Shown: one piece after another, positions 35,775 through 44,702 of the stretch
Position numbering within the stretch: position 1 is the first letter of the stretch
How the letters are laid out: each line of letters begins with the position of its first letter
Assembly: GCA_038330215.1 (NCBI GenBank)
Contig: JBBQNT010000001.1
Span: forward strand, 1,356 to 65,355
DNA length: 64,000 nt
Direction: 5' to 3'
From: Gemmatimonadales bacterium
GTDB taxonomy: Bacteria > Gemmatimonadota > Gemmatimonadetes > Gemmatimonadales > Gemmatimonadaceae
The notes under the pieces: generated by a model
What the model saw: the letters and a program-made list of their open reading frames with translations, nothing else
Databases searched by the model: none
Told to the model about the DNA's origin: nothing
Program-made: the position numbers and the translations under genes

Positions 35775-36848
35775 ATGGCGACCGTCTTGGCAGTGCTGCC
35801 CACCCTCGATCGCGTCACGGTGCGCTCCGTCCGCGCTGCGCTCGGCAACCGCGGCTCGATGCGTGACATCGGCCGCGTACTCCGGGAGGTTCGCAAGACG
35901 CCCGCCGAGCAGCTGCGCGACGCGCTGGCGCACAAGGAGAAGCCACCAGGCGACGCGATCGTCGATGCACTGCATCACATGGAGGAGCAGCTGCTGGAGC
36001 CCCTACGGCAACTGCAGCGCGATCGAACGACGGCTTCAGGCGTCAACGTGGTCATCGGTGTCCGCGAGGAGCTGCGTCACCTGCGTGCGCTGATCGAGCG
36101 GATGCCGGCGTCGACGTCCAAGGTCGACGACGATCACGCGATCGACAATCGCTTGGCCGCGTTGCTCGTGCCCTGGCTGGCGCGCATCGAAACGGCGCTG
36201 ACGAAGCAATCGGCGACGCCGGCGATCAACCAGCTCACCCAACGGATCCAGACGCTGGAGCAGACGGTCCGACAGCGCGACCTCGAACTGCCGGCCGAGC
36301 TGCGTCAGTTGCAGATGCGGGTGGAGGCGATTGGTCACCAGGTCTACACCGGCACGCTGCAAATCGAGACACAGATCGCGGCCGCGGCCGACACGGCAGT
36401 CGTCCATCACCAGGCCCTCGCGGATCTCGACGTGCGCGTGGCCAACGCCCATCACGACCTGGTCGAGCGCCACGCGCACCAGTCACGCCGACTCGCCGAG
36501 TCAGAAGCCGCGCGAGTCCTGGATGCCGGTCATCTGCACCAGCACCTGGCGGCCCTGCGAACGGATCTGGCCAACACCGCCAAGGCCCAGCAGACCGAGC
36601 AGCGTGGCCAGCAGACGCGTCTACGGCGTGTGTTGAGGGATTTGGCGCTGACGCAGTTGCACACTGCTGCTGGTATCGCTGCGGCCGTCAGTCGTCGGCC
36701 CGCGAAGTCGAAGGCAGCCCTCCGACCCACGCGACGTCGCGCTTCAACGGTGAACACGCGGGGCAACGACGGCGCACAACGAAAGCGTTCATCGAAACCG
36801 ATCGGTAAAGCGCAATCCATGAAGCGGCGCAGTCGCCCGAAGAGGTAG
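35775..36848 (+). CDS. KfrA-like DNA-binding coiled-coil protein (start uncertain; track ORF begins at 35664)
   Basis: RVTVRSVRAALGNRGSMRDIGRVLREVRK resembles the KfrA N-terminal DNA-binding domain. The rest is long Ala/Gln/Arg-rich helical sequence. Confidence 0.55.
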   Translation: MATVLAVLPTLDRVTVRSVRAALGNRGSMRDIGRVLREVRKTPAEQLRDALAHKEKPPGDAIVDALHHMEEQLLEPLRQLQRDRTTASGVNVVIGVREELRHLRALIERMPASTSKVDDDHAIDNRLAALLVPWLARIETALTKQSATPAINQLTQRIQTLEQTVRQRDLELPAELRQLQMRVEAIGHQVYTGTLQIETQIAAAADTAVVHHQALADLDVRVANAHHDLVERHAHQSRRLAESEAARVLDAGHLHQHLAALRTDLANTAKAQQTEQRGQQTRLRRVLRDLALTQLHTAAGIAAAVSRRPAKSKAALRPTRRRASTVNTRGNDGAQRKRSSKPIGKAQSMKRRSRPKR

Positions 36849-37290
36849 CTCTCAGTTAAAAGTAGCCGGTCCAGGTCTTCGTCATGCCGGACAGAGCGCA
36901 GTGATCATCTGAGTCGGAATGGGAGTCCAGAAAGTTCCTTCCGGAACTGGTGTTCATGACCAACCGGGATTTCCACCCACTACAACGCTGGGGCGACTTG
37001 TTCGCTGACGCTACAAGTTGGAGGTGGTTTGTTGACGTTTCTGCAAATTGGGGGCGTTTGACGGCGCCTTTGTGGTCGGTTGTTCGTCGCGGCGGAGGCA
37101 GTTGTTCGGCACAGACAGAGGGCGGATTCAATGCGGCGCGGAACCGGTTGTATACTGTTCCTGCGCATGCCGGCGTACGCTTGCCCACCTTGGGCGCACC
37201 CGAACGGGACGGTGTTTGACCCACCCTCGGTGATTCCTTCGCTGCGGCTGGTCGTGGGCAACCAGCGAGCAGTTCTTGAAGGACTGATCC

Positions 37291-38028
37291 GTGAATGCGA
37301 TCGAGATTTCCAAGTTACGGCAAACTGCCCGTCAACTGAAACGCAGCACTGGCGTTACGCACTATGAGGCGCTGGACAATGTGGCACGCGAGCATGGCTA
37401 CGAGAGGTGGTCTGCGTTGATCGCATCATCAAGGTTTGATGCTGCGCTTCTTGCTCATGAAGAAAGCGAATTGCAGAGGGTTACCGCGCTGTCTCGTGCA
37501 CCTGCGATAGCTCAACCAACTCCAAAGTCGTGGTCGTGCGTATTTCACCACGTCCGAATCGAAGCGATGGTGTTTCGTGCGTTCGCGACAGATGAAGGGC
37601 CCTACCTGAATGGCGCCGTCCATTCCTTCAAGTCATTGGAAGGTGGAGGTCAGGTTGCTCTCGGTGTTTGCGGCATCGTCCGCTTTGAAGAAGACGTAGC
37701 GTACATGAGAGTAAGCGCCGGTGAGTGGTGGGTCTGCAAGTACACGCGGGAGTCACGAATCCCTGTAAGCGCGCTTTCGCCGCAAGGGCGAAATGCGCTG
37801 GCGTACGAGTTCGGAATCGCACACGGACCAACGGGAATCTCCGACGACCACGGCAGGCGTTTTCTGAAGTCGCCTGCCTTTTCGTCACTGAAAGAGTGGG
37901 TTCGTTTGCATCCCCGATTGGCGCGCACCCTGTCCAAATCGCACGCGCCCTATGTTCCCGGATGGTACGAGTATGCCACTGATCAGGAGCCGCCTTGGAC
38001 TTTACGAAATATAAGGGATAAGCCGTGA
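37291..38028 (+). CDS. hypothetical protein (245 aa)
   Basis: GTG start. N-terminal motif ISKLRQTARQLKRSTGVTHYEALDNVAREHGYERWSAL is shared in pattern with the 41102 gene. Confidence 0.55.
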   Translation: MNAIEISKLRQTARQLKRSTGVTHYEALDNVAREHGYERWSALIASSRFDAALLAHEESELQRVTALSRAPAIAQPTPKSWSCVFHHVRIEAMVFRAFATDEGPYLNGAVHSFKSLEGGGQVALGVCGIVRFEEDVAYMRVSAGEWWVCKYTRESRIPVSALSPQGRNALAYEFGIAHGPTGISDDHGRRFLKSPAFSSLKEWVRLHPRLARTLSKSHAPYVPGWYEYATDQEPPWTLRNIRDKP

Positions 38029-38927
38029 ATGATGTCGAGTTTGCAGCTGCTGTGAGTCGCGCACGTTCCGCGCTCTGGGGTGCGCGGCTAACGGACGATC
38101 TCCGCCGCCTCCGGGCTACATGTGCCACAGGGTCTCCGGAAGCTAGGGACTTTGACCGCTACTACCGGCAAATTCTGAAACGACTGCCCGACTATTCGAG
38201 CGGCCTGGTCATGGTTCCGACAGCCGATGTAAAGCGATACAGCACCGGCTTCTCGTACGAATACGACGGGCCATTGTGGTACGCAGTTGATCCATCCACG
38301 ACCGAGTTCCTCATGATGAGGCAGCGCGAGTCGGCAGAGAAGCGAATGAGGCTAGAAAAGCTCATTTACTCGATGAGCTGTGGCCTTCTTGATGAGGAAG
38401 CTCGCGAAGAACCACTCGATCGTGTGACCTCGTTGGCGTTCGCGATCCGAGAGGAAAAGAAGGAACGACCTCAACATGCCTTTCTACTTGGGCGTTTACT
38501 CGCGCGCGAGACGGTTTACCTCTCTCTGAGGTCGGGATACGCGGACGCTGGAGCGATCTTGTGGTCCGTGTTCCAGCTTGACACCCTCAGGGACCTCATC
38601 GACGAAGAGGGGTACACCTTCTCAACGTCAGAGAGCTGCTTTCGCCTTTTCGTTGAGGCCCTTCGAGAAAAGCTTGCGCTGGCTCTTCTGTGGACGAGCG
38701 GGTCCACGGACGAATTTGAACGACCTCTCGCCCACAACTCGAAGATGGACCTGACGTCGCGATTCGTATTGCGGTTTGCTACCCCAGGTATGAACGCAAC
38801 CGACAGCCTGATCGAGGCTTTGAACATAAGCGCAATGGGGCATACCCGCGGCCTGTCAACGTTGGCAGTCGAGCTGAAAAAATCTCCGATCTTCGAAACC
38901 CCACATAGGCTCCACACTGCTACGTGA
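38025..38927 (+). CDS. hypothetical protein (300 aa)
   Basis: 4-nt overlap with the upstream gene; lower-GC region. Confidence 0.55.
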   Translation: MNDVEFAAAVSRARSALWGARLTDDLRRLRATCATGSPEARDFDRYYRQILKRLPDYSSGLVMVPTADVKRYSTGFSYEYDGPLWYAVDPSTTEFLMMRQRESAEKRMRLEKLIYSMSCGLLDEEAREEPLDRVTSLAFAIREEKKERPQHAFLLGRLLARETVYLSLRSGYADAGAILWSVFQLDTLRDLIDEEGYTFSTSESCFRLFVEALREKLALALLWTSGSTDEFERPLAHNSKMDLTSRFVLRFATPGMNATDSLIEALNISAMGHTRGLSTLAVELKKSPIFETPHRLHTAT

Positions 38928-39036
38928 TGTCCGCACGCGATGAATCAGGCAGAGCAAGTACACCCACTCTCATACGTAAGCGAGAACGCCGTAGTGAACG
39001 CAGACGATGTCGGTCACATCTATCGCGTGAGCTAAT

Positions 39037-39846
39037 CTACGTCGGCGACTTCCGACGGGAATACATGCGTCGTTGACGCATTGAATCCAAACCATTCCGT
39101 GTTTGCTGAAGCTCCTGGTGCTCTGAGGCGAGCACGTCGTGCTGCTGTTCCGCACGCCGCCATGGGTGAGTATCCGCGGCAACCTTCATTCGTGAGCTGC
39201 CTCGACGAACAGTACCGCGAGGACTGGGCGTCAACGCGTCTTCTACACTCCAGCCATGCGCGAGGCGCGCTCGTATAGTGCTTTCTGGAATACACGTCTT
39301 TCGCGCCCAGTCAGCCAGGTGCATCGCTTCCCCACCAGCTTTCAAAACCCTCAGGTCATTGCGGCTCGCAATTCTCGCCTTCATCGCTGCGACGATGTTG
39401 CTCGGATCTCGAATTGTCATGGTGCGCGGAAACGTTATCCCGCACCGATCAGCAACGGCTTGAAGAGTAGTGGGTTCGACGCACAAGTCACGCGCGATCG
39501 CACCTCGGCTCAAACCGGATGCTGCCATCTCACGAAGAGTATCGGCGAGCCCAATCCCCGATATTGCGAGCAAGTGGCAGTCGAGAAGCGCGCTCCCAAC
39601 AGGGAGTCGATATCCACGTCGTGCCAGGGCTGCTTTCAATGTGCTGTGAGGTATTACGAGACGGATCGCCAATGCCTTCAACGTCATTCGTTCAGCCGCG
39701 GCACGACGAGCGAGAGCGACAATGGAGCACTTCGCCGCAGCTTGTATTCCCGGAATCGCGCTCGGAGCCTTCTGGACCCAGTGACGTGACGCAGTGAGCA
39801 CTTTACCTATCCGCGTGCCAGTACGCCGCCCAGGTCGAGCGCTCAT
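39037..39846 (-). CDS. multi-HTH DNA-binding protein (hypothetical)
   Basis: Several HTH-like segments, e.g. MTLKALAIRLVIPHSTLKAAL, LSRGAIARDLCVEPTTLQAV and HLADWARKTCIPESTIRARLAHGWSVEDAL. Confidence 0.55.
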   Translation of the reverse strand: MSARPGRRTGTRIGKVLTASRHWVQKAPSAIPGIQAAAKCSIVALARRAAAERMTLKALAIRLVIPHSTLKAALARRGYRLPVGSALLDCHLLAISGIGLADTLREMAASGLSRGAIARDLCVEPTTLQAVADRCGITFPRTMTIRDPSNIVAAMKARIASRNDLRVLKAGGEAMHLADWARKTCIPESTIRARLAHGWSVEDALTPSPRGTVRRGSSRMKVAADTHPWRRAEQQHDVLASEHQELQQTRNGLDSMRQRRMYSRRKSPT

Positions 39847-40865
39847 TGAACTGACACTTTGCGCCGGCGACGTGTGCGAGCAAACTCGCGCGACACAGAG
39901 CCTGTTTCTGACGTAACAGGCTCGAACTTACCATTGCAATCATCGCAGCTCAGCCGTAGATTCGGCTTGCCCCAGACCGAATGCAGACCAGAGGGGCAAC
40001 TATATTTCGTTCTGTTGGAATTCGCCACGACGCCCGCACTCACTTCTCGAACAGTGACGTCCAGTTGTTCGAATGGAACCACCGCACCAGCGCCTGCGTC
40101 GCTGATCTCGCTGCCGCCACTAGCCTCCTCGACCAGCAAATAGCCAGCGACGTCGCCAGTCGCTAAAGGATTCACGATCTCGGCAAGAGCGCTGCGCACT
40201 GGCTCCGACAGCTTCGGCCGCACCGGCTGTATAGGCACGACACGGTCATACCACGTGATCCGAAATCCGCTGGCAATTAATTCCGCGCATTTCTTGGCGA
40301 ACAGCCCGTTCGCCATGATGTAGTCGGCCATGTGATCGCCAGTCTCAGCACCGCCCACCTCGCCTGTAGACGAGGGATGTAGGCCAATACGTTTCATCTC
40401 CCTTCCCCACTCGGCGTTGTGGTAGCCGGTGCGGCTCTTCTGCTTGCCGAAGTGTCTTTGCCATTGATGGCATTGCTCGTGGGCCACCGTGCTCAATATC
40501 TCGTCGAGCGGTTGAATCGAAAAGAGAGTGGGGTTCATTGCCAACTCGTCCGCCTTTCTCCGGTTGGCGGGACGATTCGCGTTACTCGATGCGAAGCGAT
40601 CACCGGCGAAATATCCGCACACACTCTCTCGCCTGGTGAAGGTGATCAGCACACCAGGCAACCGTCCCTCGAACAGCTCGCGATTGAAGAAGTCGTAGGC
40701 CCTTTGAAGCTCGCCGTAGACCTCGTCGGTCGGTGTTGCATCGTAGGACGTTGATCCAGCGATCGCAGGAATCCCGTCTCGTTGCGCGGCTGCTGTATCA
40801 GACGCAGTTGCTGCAGCAGCTCGTCGTCCTTCGACTTTCGGCATGACCGGTCCTGTTTTGTGCAC
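39843..40865 (-). CDS. SprT-like zinc metalloprotease domain protein
   Basis: VAHEQCHQWQRHFG (HExxH) plus C-terminal Cys pairs YSCPSG...SCDDCNG (zinc ribbon). Confidence 0.75.
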   Translation of the reverse strand: MHKTGPVMPKVEGRRAAAATASDTAAAQRDGIPAIAGSTSYDATPTDEVYGELQRAYDFFNRELFEGRLPGVLITFTRRESVCGYFAGDRFASSNANRPANRRKADELAMNPTLFSIQPLDEILSTVAHEQCHQWQRHFGKQKSRTGYHNAEWGREMKRIGLHPSSTGEVGGAETGDHMADYIMANGLFAKKCAELIASGFRITWYDRVVPIQPVRPKLSEPVRSALAEIVNPLATGDVAGYLLVEEASGGSEISDAGAGAVVPFEQLDVTVREVSAGVVANSNRTKYSCPSGLHSVWGKPNLRLSCDDCNGKFEPVTSETGSVSREFARTRRRRKVSVQ

Positions 40866-40959
40866 TACAATGCTATCTCATTGATCTATATACCAGCAAT
40901 AGCTGACGGGGTTGGTAAGCATCGAGGGATGCCCGCAGTGATAGAATTGCCGTGCGCTA

Positions 40960-40973
40960 GGCATGCGCATGCC
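40960..40973. promoter_or_regulatory. perfect 14-bp palindrome GGCATGCGCATGCC in the divergent intergenic region
   Basis: Read directly, between the SprT-like gene (start 40865) and ATG 41102. Confidence 0.4.
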
Positions 40974-41101
40974 ATCCGTCAAAGCAAAGCTGTTATCAGC
41001 ACTGCCGCAGTTGTTGAGATCTACTCGGCCATGGCTTCGTTCACGGGCGCTCGATCTCGGTAGACGGATGACGATGTTTCGGCGACCTTGGAGAACAGGT
41101 C

Positions 41102-42400
41102 ATGTCATCTATTGCCGTCGTACCCTCATCGATCGAAAGCATCAAGCGTCTCGCCACCTCGATCAAACGCGACCAGAAACTCACACACAGCCGCGCCCTC
41201 GACGCCGCGGCTGTACGAGCGGGATTCTCGAATTTTCGCCACGCCAGGAATGCGCTCACCAGCGCACCAGCGTCGTCGACTAGGCAACCACCGGCGCAGC
41301 CGCTTTATCCGTTGTGGATCACTGCGTACTGGCGCGATCAGGCCGGACGATGCGGCCGAGAAACGCTTCGCATGCTCGTTCGACGCCCATGGGGCTCGAT
41401 TCTGCGGCCCAGCCAGATGACACGCATACATGGAATGGGCTACTTCCGGTCAGATGCTTCTGACGCATTTGAGTCGAGGACAGACTTAACCGACCAACGC
41501 TCCGCCAGGGAAGAAGTGTGCCGCGCTGCGCGAAGCCTGCAGTTCATGGAGATCACCGGGCTCCTACCGCTCACAGGACAATTGTCTCGCCTTTCGGAGA
41601 AGGTGCAGGGAATGCCTCGTCGCGACCACGTGTCGTACTGGCATGACCCGGCTACCGAGACTATGGTTGTCGTCGACGAACCGTACTTGGACGGCTTTGG
41701 GATTCCTGAGCGGGAGGATTGGGCCCGCTCGAATGGCGCCGCGATCGCCAGCTCGCGATGGAGTGGCATGCATAGCCCTGGCAGCTCTGCCGCTTTTCTT
41801 CTGACTTCTATTGATGGTCGTGCTGACATTCTGGCAACTCTGGTGCAGCAGCTCGATGCTGCGGCCGAGCCCGTGCGAAAGGATCTATGGCCTGGTGAGA
41901 CTGCGTCGTATCTGCCGCTCTTTGTCAGCCCTGAGCGGGCTCGTGATGGCCGTGCAAAAAGGGCGCGCAGGAAGCCTCTGTACGCGGGTCAGATCCGCAA
42001 CAAAGCGATCGTCTATGGACGGACGTTTTTCGGAGGCGCGTGGCGTCCGAACGCACGCATGCCTTTGACAGCGCATCGGGAAGCCGGGAATCTGCTCAAG
42101 GAGCTTCTACAGCACGGACGCTTGAGAGGATCCGCCTACGGACGACTCGGTCACGTGAGATCCGAACTCGACGAGTGGGTACAACGCGAGTACACCGACT
42201 CGCGCGATCTTCCGCATGAAGACCTGAACAAGCTGTACTACCAAGGCTCTGCATCGAGTGGTCTGGATCCTTCCGACGCGATCGCGCGAGTCGATGAACT
42301 GCTCAGACAGCACTATCCCGACTGCGTTCCTCGTCGCGACCTGGTGCGGTCACTTGCAGCAGCAAAGAAGGATCTGCTGAGAGAACCACGACAGCGGTAA
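41102..42400 (+). CDS. hypothetical protein (432 aa)
   Basis: ggagaa SD. N-terminal IESIKRLATSIKRDQKLTHSRALDAAAVRAGFSNFRHA parallels the N-terminus of the 37291 gene. Confidence 0.6.
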   Translation: MSSIAVVPSSIESIKRLATSIKRDQKLTHSRALDAAAVRAGFSNFRHARNALTSAPASSTRQPPAQPLYPLWITAYWRDQAGRCGRETLRMLVRRPWGSILRPSQMTRIHGMGYFRSDASDAFESRTDLTDQRSAREEVCRAARSLQFMEITGLLPLTGQLSRLSEKVQGMPRRDHVSYWHDPATETMVVVDEPYLDGFGIPEREDWARSNGAAIASSRWSGMHSPGSSAAFLLTSIDGRADILATLVQQLDAAAEPVRKDLWPGETASYLPLFVSPERARDGRAKRARRKPLYAGQIRNKAIVYGRTFFGGAWRPNARMPLTAHREAGNLLKELLQHGRLRGSAYGRLGHVRSELDEWVQREYTDSRDLPHEDLNKLYYQGSASSGLDPSDAIARVDELLRQHYPDCVPRRDLVRSLAAAKKDLLREPRQR

Positions 42401-42408
42401 CTGCCTCG

Positions 42409-42438
42409 CGGCCCGCGTCTCAATTGAGCCGCGGGCCG
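42409..42438. terminator. GC-rich hairpin between convergent genes (possible bidirectional terminator; no U-tract)
   Basis: CGGCCCGCG-12 nt-CGCGGGCCG. Confidence 0.35.
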
Positions 42439-43097
42439 GTCAATCGCTGCGAAGCGGCGCCGCGCTGCAGATACTGCTCGATGTCCAATCGACGTTGCAG
42501 CTCGCTTGCGACAACGCCAAGCCGGCCATTGAACACCGGTGTCGACACACGAGCTGCCTCATTCCACGGCACGGCGCACGTGGCGAAGGTCCACGATGCC
42601 GCCGATGGCGTCGTGGCCATCGCCGCGATACGGACATCGGATACGCGCAACAGCGCCTGCAAATGGTCGTTAAAGGGCCCGAGAAGGTAGGCCTTCCGTC
42701 CTTCGGAAACAGCACTGACGAAATACGCCTGGTCGCTGAAGTTCAGGACGAAATAGCTCCCGAATGACACGGCAACCATCTCGTCCGTCCCCTCATGCAA
42801 ACCCGTCCTAGGACGCCAGGCACCCACCTCGCGACCAACAAGATGCGGCGCCGCTTTCGCCTCACCAGGTCGCGCCCACGTAACTATCAAAGCCTCGCTG
42901 TCACTCTCGTTCATCAAGCACGCAGCATCCTTGCCGAACAGCTGCAGTCGAACGTCTGGCGCGCCCGTGCGCAAGAGCCGAATCTTAACTTCGTGAGGCG
43001 GTCGACCGACAACGGTGGCAGACGAATAGATAGGCACCGCGGCGTCGTGGTTCGCACTGACCGCTGATAGCCCCTCTTCGGTAACAAAAAACCGCAC
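42420..43097 (-). CDS. hypothetical protein (225 aa)
   Basis: Last gene of the minus-strand C5-MTase operon. Confidence 0.55.
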   Translation of the reverse strand: MRFFVTEEGLSAVSANHDAAVPIYSSATVVGRPPHEVKIRLLRTGAPDVRLQLFGKDAACLMNESDSEALIVTWARPGEAKAAPHLVGREVGAWRPRTGLHEGTDEMVAVSFGSYFVLNFSDQAYFVSAVSEGRKAYLLGPFNDHLQALLRVSDVRIAAMATTPSAASWTFATCAVPWNEAARVSTPVFNGRLGVVASELQRRLDIEQYLQRGAASQRLTGPRLN

Positions 43098-43099
43098 GT

Positions 43100-43687
43100 T
43101 CAGAGCCTCATTCCGAAGGGCTTGGACGGTCGCTGCTCGTCGCCGGCGTCATCCAGTCCGTTCGCCCATTCATGGGCGAGTCTGCTCGCCGCTCGCTGGG
43201 CATCGATCTGCGATGTGAAGCTGGACTCTTGATCCCAACGAACGTTGCCTTCGCTGTTGAGCGGACACACGTCCGCACCGGCGATGAAGACGTCGTCGAC
43301 CTTCGCAACCAGCGGCCGTGCCTCGCACATGCCGTCGTCACTTGTTTGCCAGGAGCCGGCCCAGCATCGCGCCGGCCCTTCCCTCTGCGCGTCCTGCAGG
43401 CGCAGCAACTCGAACTCTGTCGCTTCATCGGCATCGGCCGCCGCCATCTGCCTCTCGGGGAGCGCCAGCAGCTGGTCCGGTGCGTACGCCTGCAGGACCT
43501 CGTGATCGAGAACCAGTATTGGCTGATCCTCATCCTGCTCATGGTAGGCGTAGATTCTCTCGCCAGCACTCCAACGGCGCTCGGCGTCGTCACGGCTCAC
43601 GATTACCATCCCACCCGCCTTCAACTCGTCGATCTCGGCGTCGGACGCCGGCAAGCACCCTGACTCAGCCTTCATTTGTTTCTCCAT
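43100..43687 (-). CDS. hypothetical acidic protein (195 aa)
   Basis: 2-nt gap to the downstream gene; Asp/Glu-rich. Confidence 0.55.
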   Translation of the reverse strand: MEKQMKAESGCLPASDAEIDELKAGGMVIVSRDDAERRWSAGERIYAYHEQDEDQPILVLDHEVLQAYAPDQLLALPERQMAAADADEATEFELLRLQDAQREGPARCWAGSWQTSDDGMCEARPLVAKVDDVFIAGADVCPLNSEGNVRWDQESSFTSQIDAQRAASRLAHEWANGLDDAGDEQRPSKPFGMRL

Positions 43688-43717
43688 ACGATGTGTTTTT
43701 CCATACCATTCCGAACA

Positions 43718-44053
43718 TCACCGCATCGACAATCGCCGACGCGAATCGACAACCGGTTCGTTGCGATCGCCGTCAACGCCGATGTCATCGCCATCGGCCA
43801 AGACGTCGATCGCCAGCGGAGACAACGCATCCTTCTTGGTCCATCCGTGGCGCGAGAGCCGAAGCGCATGCGCATCGAGTGGCACGCACTCCGCATCCGA
43901 CCATCCTTCCGCTTCGGCGAGCGCTTCGCGTTCAGTTTGATAGTCAATCGCGCCGTACTGCAGAGCGCCGGCGTCCGTGTCGTATAAACACGCGGCGTAA
44001 CCGAACAGTGTGGAGCGAACTCCGATAAACGTCGTGTTGTCACGATCAGGCAT
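43718..44053 (-). CDS. hypothetical small protein (111 aa)
   Basis: FGYAACLYDTDAGALQYGAIDYQTEREALAEAEGW parallels TGYFAFMHDN...GIGRYRNRDDAVRDAVRW in the 44412 gene. Confidence 0.45.
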   Translation of the reverse strand: MPDRDNTTFIGVRSTLFGYAACLYDTDAGALQYGAIDYQTEREALAEAEGWSDAECVPLDAHALRLSRHGWTKKDALSPLAIDVLADGDDIGVDGDRNEPVVDSRRRLSMR

Positions 44054-44058
44054 GGCGA

Positions 44059-44415
44059 CTACCTCGTCGGTGAGTGCGTGCGTTCCGCGCTCGGCAACGG
44101 ATACGAAAGCCGCATAAGGAACTGGTGCGCGGTTTCGAGCACGTCATCCGCTGTTGCGGGACCATTTGCGTTGAGCCACGCCTCGCTCGCGATCGTCGAC
44201 ACGGCTGCAGACAGCGATGCGCGTGCATCACGAGCCCCTTCAACACCATCCTTCTGTAACCCTTCGTCAAGGAACTCCTTGAACGCTTCAATAGTGGCCA
44301 GAGTGTCGCCTTGGCGCTTCACCCAGTGCTTCAGACTGAACTGAACGAACCCGGCAAGCGCAGCACGCGCGTTCTCTCTGACTTCGGCGCTGTAGTCTTC
44401 CTCGTTGATCATCAC
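44059..44415 (-). CDS. hypothetical small protein (118 aa)
   Basis: 4-nt overlap with the upstream gene; helical. Confidence 0.5.
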   Translation of the reverse strand: MMINEEDYSAEVRENARAALAGFVQFSLKHWVKRQGDTLATIEAFKEFLDEGLQKDGVEGARDARASLSAAVSTIASEAWLNANGPATADDVLETAHQFLMRLSYPLPSAERTHSPTR

Positions 44416-44702
44416 CGACGTGGGCCTCTTGAGCGATGCCTCGCAGCAGCGGGCTGCAGATCCTTCGCGTCGGCCAAGAGGCCGAGTTCAAACGCCCTTG
44501 CGTGTGTTTCCGGCGACAGCGCAACTTCATCTGCCGCGGCCCATCGAACCGCATCGCGCACTGCGTCGTCTCTGTTTCTATAGCGTCCGATTCCACTTTG
44601 GATGGGCTCAAACGGAGCGAAATTGTCGTGCATGAAGGCGAAGTACCCTGTCATTCCCATCGAAATGCTGATTGCTACCTTGTTTTCGTCGATATTGCTC
44701 AT
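44412..44702 (-). CDS. hypothetical small protein (96 aa)
   Basis: 4-nt overlap with the MTase gene stop. Confidence 0.5.
   Translation of the reverse strand: MSNIDENKVAISISMGMTGYFAFMHDNFAPFEPIQSGIGRYRNRDDAVRDAVRWAAADEVALSPETHARAFELGLLADAKDLQPAAARHRSRGPRR

Noticed and set aside
37145-37170. TATACTGTTCCTGC considered as a LexA/SOS box
   Set aside because: Only the CTGT half is present, with no ACAG partner at the required spacing.
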